Below are positions 56,143 to 64,000 of a DNA stretch of 64,000 nt, piece after piece (the stretch's first letter is position 1; each line of letters starts with the position of its first letter). The position numbers and the translations under genes are program-made. This DNA comes from Marispirochaeta sp. (GTDB lineage: Bacteria; Spirochaetota; Spirochaetia; JC444; Marispirochaetaceae): contig CAXXFF010000002.1 in the NCBI GenBank assembly GCA_963676835.2, positions 384,001 through 448,000 of the forward strand, written 5' to 3'. Below the pieces are notes generated by a model. It was not told where the DNA came from. It searched no databases and saw only the letters and a list, made by a program, of their open reading frames with translations.

Positions 56143-57606
56143 ATGAAAAGAAAAACTTTACTGCAGCTTGCCTCTGTTTCCCTGCTGATCCTGATGGCCG
56201 TATCTGCCTTTGGACAGGTCAGCGGGTACTCACAGGCACTTTACACTGCATCTTCACGATCCGGAGGGGGGCTGAAAGCCCTGCAGGATGATTTCAGAAG
56301 GGTTGCCAATACCGCACTGCCCGTTGTGGTAAGCCTTGATGTAGTGGATGTTGTAGAACAAACCGTTTCAAGCAGGCAGTCTCCCTTTGAATTCTTTTTC
56401 GGGCGGCCCGATCCCCGTAACAATAATGAAGAAGAACCCCAGACAAGGGAATACCGCCAGGAAGGCCTGGGTTCCGGGGTTATCGTACAAAAGACCGGCA
56501 GAACCGTTTATGTACTCACCAACCATCACGTTGCCGGCAGCGCCGACGAAATTACCGTCAACCTCTATGACGGCCGCTCCTTTTCGGCGGAGCTCGTCGG
56601 TTCCGACGCCCGGAAAGACCTTGCCCTGGTTAAATTTGAAACCGCCGAGAACATACCCGTTGCCGAACTGGGCGACTCCGATGCAACTCAGGTGGGAGAT
56701 ATTGTATTTGCCGTAGGCAACCCGCTTGGGTTTGAATCCACCTTTACCTCGGGCATTGTAAGTGCTGTCGGCCGCGACGGCGGCCCCGACCTGAATTCCA
56801 GCCTGACAGACTATATCCAGACCGATGCAGCCATCAACCGCGGAAACTCAGGCGGTGCTCTGGTAAATATTGACGGACAGGTAATCGGTATAAACACCTG
56901 GATTGCCTCCCAGAGCGGAGGGAGTATAGGCCTTGGTTTTGCCATTCCCATTAATAATGCAAAGAAAACCATTCAGGATCTGATCCGTTCCGGTAAGGTC
57001 GAATACGGCTGGCTGGGAATCTCCATGGGTGATCCTTCTGACAATATCGTAGAAGATATGGATCTTGAAGGAAAAAAAGGCTCCTTTGTGTTCAACGTTT
57101 ACAAAGACTCGCCTGCCATGAACGGCGGAATCCGCCCGGGAGATCTTATAACCTCTATAGACAGCCGCAATGTTGATTCCAGTGACAAGCTGCTGCAGGA
57201 AGTTGCAGCCCTGGAGCCCGGCCGGACCTACCGGTTCGGATTGATTCGGGATGGCAGAGAGATGACCACAAGGGTCCGGATAGCTACCCGCGAAGCTGAG
57301 GATGCAATCCGCTCCAATGTAGCCAAGCTGTGGCCGGGTATGACTGTGGTCAAAATAACCGATGAGATCCGCACCCGGCTGGATCTTCCCCGCAGCAATG
57401 GAGAGATTATGGTCGGTGCCGTAGAGGAGGATTCTCCCGCCTACTCCGCCGGTTTCCGTTCCGGAGACATAATTAAAGAGGTAAACCGGCAGAAAGTCGG
57501 TTCTACCAGAGATTTTTACCGTGTTTTCAATTCTGAGGATGATGACGAGCTGATCTTCAAGATTAATCGTCAAGGAAACGACATTATTCTCGGACTTGTA
57601 AGGTGA
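56143..57606 (+). CDS. degP: DegP/HtrA (Do family) periplasmic serine protease
   Basis: LGSGVI, TNHHV, DLAL, QTDAAINRGNSGG, two PDZ domains. Confidence 0.95.
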   Translation: MKRKTLLQLASVSLLILMAVSAFGQVSGYSQALYTASSRSGGGLKALQDDFRRVANTALPVVVSLDVVDVVEQTVSSRQSPFEFFFGRPDPRNNNEEEPQTREYRQEGLGSGVIVQKTGRTVYVLTNHHVAGSADEITVNLYDGRSFSAELVGSDARKDLALVKFETAENIPVAELGDSDATQVGDIVFAVGNPLGFESTFTSGIVSAVGRDGGPDLNSSLTDYIQTDAAINRGNSGGALVNIDGQVIGINTWIASQSGGSIGLGFAIPINNAKKTIQDLIRSGKVEYGWLGISMGDPSDNIVEDMDLEGKKGSFVFNVYKDSPAMNGGIRPGDLITSIDSRNVDSSDKLLQEVAALEPGRTYRFGLIRDGREMTTRVRIATREAEDAIRSNVAKLWPGMTVVKITDEIRTRLDLPRSNGEIMVGAVEEDSPAYSAGFRSGDIIKEVNRQKVGSTRDFYRVFNSEDDDELIFKINRQGNDIILGLVR

Positions 57607-57641
57607 CGCGTTGCGTCATGTATAATTCCCTTCCTTCGTTT

Positions 57642-57672
57642 ACCCCGGCTTAACCGCCGGGGTTCTTTTTTT
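57642..57672 (+). terminator. Rho-independent terminator after degP
   Basis: ACCCCGGC-TTAACC-GCCGGGGT followed by TCTTTTTTT. Confidence 0.85.
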
Positions 57673-57767
57673 GCCCGGAAATAACTCCATATGGACTTTT
57701 TTGCTGAGCTGATCATGCCCGCAGGGGATAGTATTGGCAGAAATTGAAATCCATATGGGAGAAAATA

Positions 57768-58883
57768 ATGAAAAACCTATTACTGTTACTCTTCTGCGTA
57801 ACTGCCGCACTGGCTTTTACCTCCTGTGAGGGAGCCGGCAGCTCCGGCGGCAGCTCTGCATCGGAACCGGCCATCGGTGATATAGAATCCGTATCAGTGG
57901 GGTCCAATGTCAACTTTAATATGATCTACGCAAGCATAGCCGGTTCGGAAACCTTCCCAACCGGGACTGACGACCTCGGCACAGCAACCCTGACAGAGCC
58001 ATTCCTGGTTGCCGAAACAGAGCTTACCTGTGATGTTGTAGCTGAGGTCTATCAATGGGCCTACGACAACGGCAGAATAACTACAGATGAGGATGACAGG
58101 ATCTACATCGGGTTTGATGAATCCGATGCAGAAGCGATTGTATACAAGCGAACAGATGATTCGTTCGAGTGGCTCTCCTGCCTGTACAAAAATCCAACCA
58201 GTGCCACCACGGAATGTCACGTCAACTTTAATATTTCGAGCGACACCTTTGAAGTTTCCCCCTCGGGTTACGAAAAGTTCCCTTTTGTTATGGTTTCCTG
58301 GTACGGTGCCGTACAGATATGTAACTGGCTCACGGAAATGAGGGACGGGAACACAGATAACCTGGTTTATTCCGGCATTGATTACGCAGACTGGCAATTT
58401 TCGGAAACCATAGCCGACACCGCAAATACCGGCTTCCGTCTGCCCTCGGAAGATGAGTGGGAGTACGCCGCCCGCTACCGCGGCAGCGATTCCGTAAACA
58501 CGGTTGCCGAATTCTCCAACCCCTGTTTTACAACAGGAAACTCCGCAAGCGGTGCAACAGCAGCTGTCGATCCGGCTTCCACTGTACCAACGGACCTTGT
58601 AGCAGTCTGGGACATTGGACCGAACCCGGATGGACCTAAATTTTCTCAGACAAAACAGCCCAACGCTCTGGGGCTCTATGATATGAGCGGAAATGTATCC
58701 GAAATGACCTTTTCCCAAACATGGAAGGTTTTCCGAGGGGGTGATTACACAAGCCGCTATGTGGCAGACCCTTGGAATAACTCCTATATTATTCTTCAAA
58801 ACGGCTACGCTCCGTCTTCTGAACCAAACTTCAGAGGCAGCTCTGCGTCAAACGGCCTTCGCCTATGTAGGACAATGGAGTAG
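57768..58883 (+). CDS. FGE-sulfatase (C-type-lectin-like fold) domain lipoprotein
   Basis: Lipobox AFTSC; VSWYGA..CNWL, FRLPSEDEWEYAAR, PNALGLYDMSGNVSE, GLRLCR. Confidence 0.88.
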   Translation: MKNLLLLLFCVTAALAFTSCEGAGSSGGSSASEPAIGDIESVSVGSNVNFNMIYASIAGSETFPTGTDDLGTATLTEPFLVAETELTCDVVAEVYQWAYDNGRITTDEDDRIYIGFDESDAEAIVYKRTDDSFEWLSCLYKNPTSATTECHVNFNISSDTFEVSPSGYEKFPFVMVSWYGAVQICNWLTEMRDGNTDNLVYSGIDYADWQFSETIADTANTGFRLPSEDEWEYAARYRGSDSVNTVAEFSNPCFTTGNSASGATAAVDPASTVPTDLVAVWDIGPNPDGPKFSQTKQPNALGLYDMSGNVSEMTFSQTWKVFRGGDYTSRYVADPWNNSYIILQNGYAPSSEPNFRGSSASNGLRLCRTME

Positions 58884-58885
58884 TA

Positions 58886-59941
58886 GTGAACAGATTCTAC
58901 AGAACAACTCTTTCTGCCTTGCTGTTCCTGACAGTTTTCACCAGCTGCCAGGATGCAGGCGAATCCTGGACAGACAGCTCATCCATCCGAGGCGTCGGAA
59001 CTGTTGAAGAGATCACCCTGCCGGGCTCCGATATTGCCTTTTCCATGGTACTGGCAAACACGGCCGACAGCATAACCTTACCGACCAGAACAGATGACAG
59101 CGTAACTGCAACCCTGGACAGCCATTTCTGGATTGCAGAGACCGAACTGACCAATGAAACCGCGGCCGCAATACTGCAATGGGCTTTTAACCGGGGAAAA
59201 TTCAGCACTACCTTCAGCGACCATAACGGGATTAACACAGAAGATCTTAAATACGGAGGACAGGTTCTTCTAAGATTTGACACAACTTCTACACAAATCG
59301 CTTATGACGGAAGTATCGATATTTACTGCACTCCCGGTTATGAACAATACCCCTTAGCGGGTATCCACTGGTATGGAGCCATACTGCTCTGTAACTGGCT
59401 GACCGAGATGCGGGACGGAAATACCGACAACCTGGTCTACACCGGAATTGACACAGACTGGCTCCATGATGAGACCATCGATGACCCTTCGAAAACAGGG
59501 TTCAGACTGCCCTATTCAATTGAATGGGAGTACGCCGCCCGCTACAGGGGGAGTGATCCCACAAACTCCGTTCCGGATTTTGCAGACCCCTATTTTACCA
59601 GGGGAGACTCGGCCAGTGGAGCCCCTGCGGCCCATACAACTACGGCTACACTCCTGTATGCCGTTTACTGTACTGATGGAAATCCATATGACGGAGAAGA
59701 AGCAAAGCAGGCAGGCAGTCTCGGTCCGGACAGCACGAATGCCCTGGGCTTGTTTGACATGAGCGGCAATGTATCCGAATGGTGTTTTAACCAGCATGCA
59801 ACGACAACTTCCTACCGGGTATTTAAAAGCGGATCATGGGATAATGACTCTACACACCTGCAGGTTGGAATAGGCTATCTTGCCCGCCATGATTCATCCC
59901 GCATTTCTATGGGCCTCCGCCTCTGCCGCACCGACGGATAG
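58886..59941 (+). CDS. FGE-sulfatase domain lipoprotein (tandem paralog)
   Basis: Lipobox VFTSC; FRLP...EWEYAAR, NALGLFDMSGNVSEW, GLRLCR. Confidence 0.88.
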   Translation: MNRFYRTTLSALLFLTVFTSCQDAGESWTDSSSIRGVGTVEEITLPGSDIAFSMVLANTADSITLPTRTDDSVTATLDSHFWIAETELTNETAAAILQWAFNRGKFSTTFSDHNGINTEDLKYGGQVLLRFDTTSTQIAYDGSIDIYCTPGYEQYPLAGIHWYGAILLCNWLTEMRDGNTDNLVYTGIDTDWLHDETIDDPSKTGFRLPYSIEWEYAARYRGSDPTNSVPDFADPYFTRGDSASGAPAAHTTTATLLYAVYCTDGNPYDGEEAKQAGSLGPDSTNALGLFDMSGNVSEWCFNQHATTTSYRVFKSGSWDNDSTHLQVGIGYLARHDSSRISMGLRLCRTDG

Positions 59942-60008
59942 ACTGCTGGCAAATTTTACACACTGTTTGATCAAACTAGCCCCGCTGTGGTACCATGGCG
60001 GGGTGTCC

Positions 60009-60932
60009 ATGTATTATAAAAAGTCATTGCTCCCTTTTATGGCGCTCTTTTTTTCTCTCTCAGTTATTCTATCGACATCTGCTCTGATGACTGCCGGGAA
60101 AACGGGTCATATTCTTTCCACCGGTATACTGCTGCTCTGCATGGATTACCTCTTCTATATGATTATACTCCATTGCCGGGCCGAAGATTTCTCATGGATA
60201 CTGCTTACATTCGGACTGCTGATTATCGGCATTACCATCGCGGCTGCAGTGGTTCTGGATCTGGATCTGTTACGCTCTGCGTTTCATCAGGCCGGTCAAC
60301 TCTACATGATTTCCCTCTACCGCAAAAAAGAACTCTATACCGACAACTCATCCAAATCCGGCTCAAGAACAATGATCCTTGTCGCTTTTCTCATTATCCT
60401 GGCTTCTGTTTTCTGGATGTTTATTCTCGGCTATCAGATTATTTTCAACCACATTCCGGGAGCTTCCGCCTGGATGCTTTTTAATCTCTACTCAATCCTC
60501 AACATACTCATCGCCATAGACGCCTTTATGTATCTACAGAACAGCCTGTATACACATGTAGATTTAAAGACTGACAGGCTCAGAATAGACAGTAAGGATT
60601 TATCCCCCCTGCTTGCAGCAAACGATATTCAGCTGCTTTACCTGTTTGCAGAACAGAAAAACCACACCCTGACCTGCAGCCTGGCACTGCAGAAACTAAA
60701 TAACAGCAACAATACAATTGTCGATTCCTGCCGGCACTGTCTTGATGAACACCGGAAAGCTACCCTGTGCTCAGATTACAAACGGATCTACAACCAGATA
60801 CTGAAGCTGAAACGTTTCCTGGAGACCATGAAAATTGCAACCATACTGCCCCCGGATAACAAGATGCAGATTACCCGACTCGGATGGACCCTGCATCTCT
60901 TTGAGGACGTACATCTCCATCTGAATAAATGA
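60009..60932 (+). CDS. Multi-pass membrane protein with a Cys-containing C-terminal cytoplasmic domain
   Basis: About 5-6 hydrophobic segments, then C..CRHC..C and YNQILKLKRFLE; start re-called to ATG 60009. Confidence 0.7.
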   Translation: MYYKKSLLPFMALFFSLSVILSTSALMTAGKTGHILSTGILLLCMDYLFYMIILHCRAEDFSWILLTFGLLIIGITIAAAVVLDLDLLRSAFHQAGQLYMISLYRKKELYTDNSSKSGSRTMILVAFLIILASVFWMFILGYQIIFNHIPGASAWMLFNLYSILNILIAIDAFMYLQNSLYTHVDLKTDRLRIDSKDLSPLLAANDIQLLYLFAEQKNHTLTCSLALQKLNNSNNTIVDSCRHCLDEHRKATLCSDYKRIYNQILKLKRFLETMKIATILPPDNKMQITRLGWTLHLFEDVHLHLNK

Positions 60933-60987
60933 CTTTCAAACAGTGCATGGCTTTGCGGGAAGTTCAAAAAGGTCTACACTGAACACA

Positions 60988-61584
60988 ATGGCAGAGAACA
61001 GTTCCCCCTGGCTTGAAGGCCAGTTTCTTATCTCCGAAACAGAACTGATGGATCCCAACTTTATGCAGACCGTGGTTTATATGGTTGAACATAATGAAAA
61101 CGGCGCCCTTGGTTTTGTGGTTAACAGAAAAAGCGAAACAAATCTCAACGAACTTCTGCCGGATTTTGTCGATCACCCTGCCGGAGAAATAGAGGTTTAT
61201 ATCGGTGGACCGGTGGAGCAGATGTACCTGTTTACCCTCCACTCGGGATTGCCCAAGAACCGCACCAGCGATGCCGCAAGTTCTGCTCTTGATGGAGTAA
61301 TACTGGAGCCGGACTTCTCGGTGGTAAAAGATTTTCTCCTGAATGAATGGACTGAAATGCCCGCAGAAAACCGTCCCGACATCCGTTTCTACGCAGGCTA
61401 TGCCGGATGGGCTCCGGGTCAGCTGGAGAATGAGCTGCAGCACAAGGCCTGGGTGGTTATTCCTGCATCTCCCGGAATCGTGTTTGCACCAAACCCCGAG
61501 GAATCCTGGCGTAATGCCCTGCGCAAAAAGGGCGGGATCTACTGGGTTGTTGCAGAAACCGGTTCCAAGCCATCACTCAATTAG
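60988..61584 (+). CDS. YqgE/AlgH (UPF0301) family protein
   Basis: DPNF.QTV, H...GALGFVVN, GGPV, GYAGWAPGQLENEL. Confidence 0.93.
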   Translation: MAENSSPWLEGQFLISETELMDPNFMQTVVYMVEHNENGALGFVVNRKSETNLNELLPDFVDHPAGEIEVYIGGPVEQMYLFTLHSGLPKNRTSDAASSALDGVILEPDFSVVKDFLLNEWTEMPAENRPDIRFYAGYAGWAPGQLENELQHKAWVVIPASPGIVFAPNPEESWRNALRKKGGIYWVVAETGSKPSLN

Positions 61585-61599
61585 CGGCTCCCTCCCCCT

Positions 61600-61632
61600 A
61601 AAAAAAACGGCCCCGGATTTCCGGGACCGTTC
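61600..61632 (-). terminator. Terminator downstream of hsp20 (between convergent genes)
   Basis: Minus strand AACGGTCCCGG-AAAT-CCGGGGCCGTT plus T-run. Confidence 0.8.
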
Positions 61633-61655
61633 AATGCTGTCTTGTGTGAAAAGCT

Positions 61656-62090
61656 CTACTTGATGCCTTTGATCTTTATTTCCCTGGGTTTTGCTTCCGG
61701 CTTTTTTTCAAGGATCAGAGACAAAACACCGTCTGCGAAAGTACCGTTGATCTTGTCTGCATCAACATCCTTGGGCAGGACAAAGCTGCGGCTGAAGGAT
61801 GAAGATCGGCGTTCACGAATAAGGAAACGTCCTTTCTCTTCAGATTTTTCTTCCTTGCTGGCAGAAGAGATGGTCAGAAGGTTGTCTTCAACCTTTACAT
61901 CCACATCCTTCTCGGTAATGCCCGGAAGTTCAGCCTCAAGAACATAACGGTTCTCTTCTTCCCTGACATCTACCCTGGGACCAGCAACTCCCTGAGAGGG
62001 AAGATCCTCAAAAAATGTATTGAAGATCCTGTCCATGTCGTCCCAAACATTCAGATGACGGGGGGTATTGTTGCGAACTAAAGCTTTCAT
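61656..62090 (-). CDS. Small heat shock protein Hsp20
   Basis: PRVDVRE, AELPG, ERR...FSRSF.LP, DGVL; start re-called to ATG 62090. Confidence 0.95.
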   Translation of the reverse strand: MKALVRNNTPRHLNVWDDMDRIFNTFFEDLPSQGVAGPRVDVREEENRYVLEAELPGITEKDVDVKVEDNLLTISSASKEEKSEEKGRFLIRERRSSSFSRSFVLPKDVDADKINGTFADGVLSLILEKKPEAKPREIKIKGIK

Positions 62091-62184
62091 ATAAGCCTCC
62101 AAAAAAATTGGTATCTATCTGCCGGCCCCTTGAAGGTCCCGGCTGCATCCCCGTACCGGGGTTAATTGCCTTCATATAGTATAT

Positions 62185-62200
62185 TGCAAACAGTGTGCCA
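62185..62200 (-). promoter_or_regulatory. sigma54 -24/-12 promoter of hsp20
   Basis: Minus strand TGGCAC-ACTGT-TTGCA matches the consensus. Confidence 0.8.
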
Positions 62201-62312
62201 ATTTTCTTAAATACTTATATAGCAGTAAATTACATTTTTATTTACTCGAGTTTCATGAAAATAGAGAGCTGTTAGCGAGTGTCAATGTGCCAAAAAGAAA
62301 CATGGTAATATT

Positions 62313-62335
62313 TTTTGACACACAATGTGTCAAAA
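62313..62335. promoter_or_regulatory. Palindromic enhancer-like site upstream of the hsp20 sigma54 promoter
   Basis: TTTTGACACA-CAA-TGTGTCAAAA perfect 10-bp arms. Confidence 0.6.
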
Positions 62336-62370
62336 TGATACTTTTCTGAAAAATCAGGGATAAAAACTGT

Positions 62371-62940
62371 CTACTTGATACACTCTGTATGCCTGAAACA
62401 GCCTACTATATGATCATTCACCACCCCTGAGGACTGGAGAAAAGCATACACAATTGTTGGTCCGATATAATTGAAACCCCGTTTTTTCATATCTCTGCTT
62501 ATTGTCTCTGCAAGGGGAGTAACCGCAGGAATCTCGCTGCTTTTCTGCCAACGGTTAACAATCGGCGCCCCGTCAACAAAGTCCCAGATATATGCATCAA
62601 AGCTGCCAGCTTCCTCACAGACTTTTAGAAAACAGCCTGCATTACGGATACTTGATTCAATCTTGCGTCTGTTTCGAATTATCCCCGGATTTGAAAGCAA
62701 TTCACCGATGTCATTTTCGCCGAAGAGAACAACTCTCTGCGGATCAAAATTCCTGTATGCTTTCCGGTATGCTTCCCGTTTGCGGAGCACCGTCAGCCAG
62801 GATAATCCGGCCTGGGCTCCTTCCAGGCAGAGCAGTTCAAAAAAGCGGATATCATCATGGAGGGGCATTCCCCATTCCTTATCATGATATGTTACATATT
62901 CAGGAATATTTTCCGGAACCCAGTCACAGCGGATCTTCAT
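62371..62940 (-). CDS. tag: DNA-3-methyladenine glycosylase I
   Basis: RCDW, YHDKEWG, LEGAQAGLSW, IIRNRRKI, NDH...C. Confidence 0.96.
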   Translation of the reverse strand: MKIRCDWVPENIPEYVTYHDKEWGMPLHDDIRFFELLCLEGAQAGLSWLTVLRKREAYRKAYRNFDPQRVVLFGENDIGELLSNPGIIRNRRKIESSIRNAGCFLKVCEEAGSFDAYIWDFVDGAPIVNRWQKSSEIPAVTPLAETISRDMKKRGFNYIGPTIVYAFLQSSGVVNDHIVGCFRHTECIK

Positions 62941-63009
62941 ACTGTCATTATACAGCAGAAAGGCCCTGAATGCTTGCAAGACAAACCGCCAGAAGGTAGA
63001 CTCAGCGCC

Positions 63010-63909
63010 ATGATACTTGGAATTATTCTGGGCTTCGGCGCAGCTCTCTTTCAGAGCTTTGCCTACCTCGGGTCCCGCTTCTACTCAGAAAAGAAAGGTG
63101 GAACCCCGGTACAGCTCCTGCTGACAGCCCATTTACTCATGGGAATAATCGCCCTCATTATTCTGGTAGTGTATCCGAAAGATAATTTCCCCCCTATGCA
63201 GCAGTACCTCATCCCTGCGGCCGGTACGACAATTGCCTTTATGCTGGCACAGTTCTGCCTTATGACCGCATTAAGTATGGCAGTGGCATCGAGGATCAGC
63301 CCTCTTCTGGGCCTCAAGCTTCTTTTTGTTGTAATCATTACATCCGTCTTTTTCTCCGAACACTACACAGTAATCCAGGTTCTTGCAGTTCTGCTTGCAT
63401 TGGCTGCCGCAATAGTACTGAATTACTCCGGCGGCGCCATGCCTCTGCGGGTTCTTTTTCTTGGTCTGGGTGCCAGTTTTCTTCTGGCAGTATCCGATAT
63501 TTTCATTCAGCAGACCGTTGTACCTTTCCGCGGATTTGGTCCGTTAATGGGCGGGCTTCTGCCCCTTTCTGTAAGCTATGTTATGGCCGGAGCTGCCTCA
63601 CTGGTGCTGTACCCGTTTATCTGCTCTTTTACACTCCGCCCCATAAAGCTCGCCCTGCCCTATACCATTGCCTGGTCCATCGGTATCTTTCTCTTCTTCG
63701 CCGCCGTAGGCGAAATAAAGGTAATGTATACTGTGATCCTCCAGTCAACCAGGGGTATTCTGAACGTTGTCCTGGGAGCTGCTATCGGCCTGATGGGCTA
63801 TCATATGCTTGAAGAACGGCATTCCTGGAATGTAATTTTCCGGCGCATTCTGGCCGCAGGCATGATGACCGGTGCCGTAGCCCTGTTCGGGTTTGGAGGA
63901 AGTCTGTGA
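63010..63909 (+). CDS. EamA/DMT-like 10-TM membrane protein
   Basis: Two five-helix repeats, about 299 aa; start re-called to ATG 63010. Confidence 0.7.
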   Translation: MILGIILGFGAALFQSFAYLGSRFYSEKKGGTPVQLLLTAHLLMGIIALIILVVYPKDNFPPMQQYLIPAAGTTIAFMLAQFCLMTALSMAVASRISPLLGLKLLFVVIITSVFFSEHYTVIQVLAVLLALAAAIVLNYSGGAMPLRVLFLGLGASFLLAVSDIFIQQTVVPFRGFGPLMGGLLPLSVSYVMAGAASLVLYPFICSFTLRPIKLALPYTIAWSIGIFLFFAAVGEIKVMYTVILQSTRGILNVVLGAAIGLMGYHMLEERHSWNVIFRRILAAGMMTGAVALFGFGGSL

Positions 63910-64000
63910 TAAAACTGATCTGCGCCCTGGGTAATCCCGGCAGAGAATACACTCTGACCCGGCATAATGCAGGCTGGATTTTTCTCGACTCATGGCAGCC
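63906..64000 (+). CDS. pth: Peptidyl-tRNA hydrolase (3'-truncated; not in the ORF track)
   Basis: GTG start overlapping the upstream TGA; MIKLICALGNPGREYTLTRHNAGW matches the Pth LGNPG..Y..TRHN.G motif. Confidence 0.92.
   Translation, partial: MIKLICALGNPGREYTLTRHNAGWIFLDSWQ

Noticed and set aside
57768..59941. Complete diversity-generating retroelement
   Set aside because: No reverse transcriptase, Avd or AAC-rich template repeat in the window; paralog differences are not adenine-specific.
62091..62170. ROSE or fourU RNA thermometer in the hsp20 5' UTR
   Set aside because: Hairpins exist, but the SD-proximal stem (CCAA/TTGG) is only 4 bp and no ROSE U(U/C)GCU anti-SD motif is present.

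Overview
Gene-dense chromosomal window, most likely from a free-living Spirochaetaceae-type bacterium (inferred from 'FAEGxxE' signal peptides, spirochaete-style lipoboxes, an FlgD-Ig/OmpA repeat protein and FGE-domain lipoproteins). It holds about 50 CDS. From left to right: an rpoN-hpf-hprK-ptsH-(hyp)-ntrY-ntrX-lexA-holA run; uvrC; a tripartite tricarboxylate transporter locus with duplicated tctA and a GntR regulator; uraA; a GAF-PAS adenylate cyclase with a HEAT-repeat gene; thrH; a hybrid kinase/dual-receiver pair; pheST; a nucleoside ABC transporter with cdd; an alkaline phosphatase/YibE/PHP-glycosyltransferase cluster; an EAL-GGDEF gene; degP; two FGE-fold lipoproteins; Hsp20, tag and the start of pth. 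I saw no rRNA, tRNA, CRISPR array or transposase. The main observations not in the ORF track are: (1) a Phe-rich leader peptide (MNRQFFFYSFFFFFMGRGIPGRA*) with a complete terminator/antiterminator switch in front of a bacterial-type pheST; (2) a gene split by a 1-nt frameshift that encodes a cyclic-nucleotide-binding domain fused to an AMP-nucleosidase/PNP-like domain; (3) a sigma54 promoter plus enhancer-like palindrome for Hsp20; (4) a Pho-box-like 11-bp repeat before a PHP-GT4 fusion; (5) a perfect 24-bp operator over the tctC promoter. All family assignments come from motif recognition by eye, not database searches.
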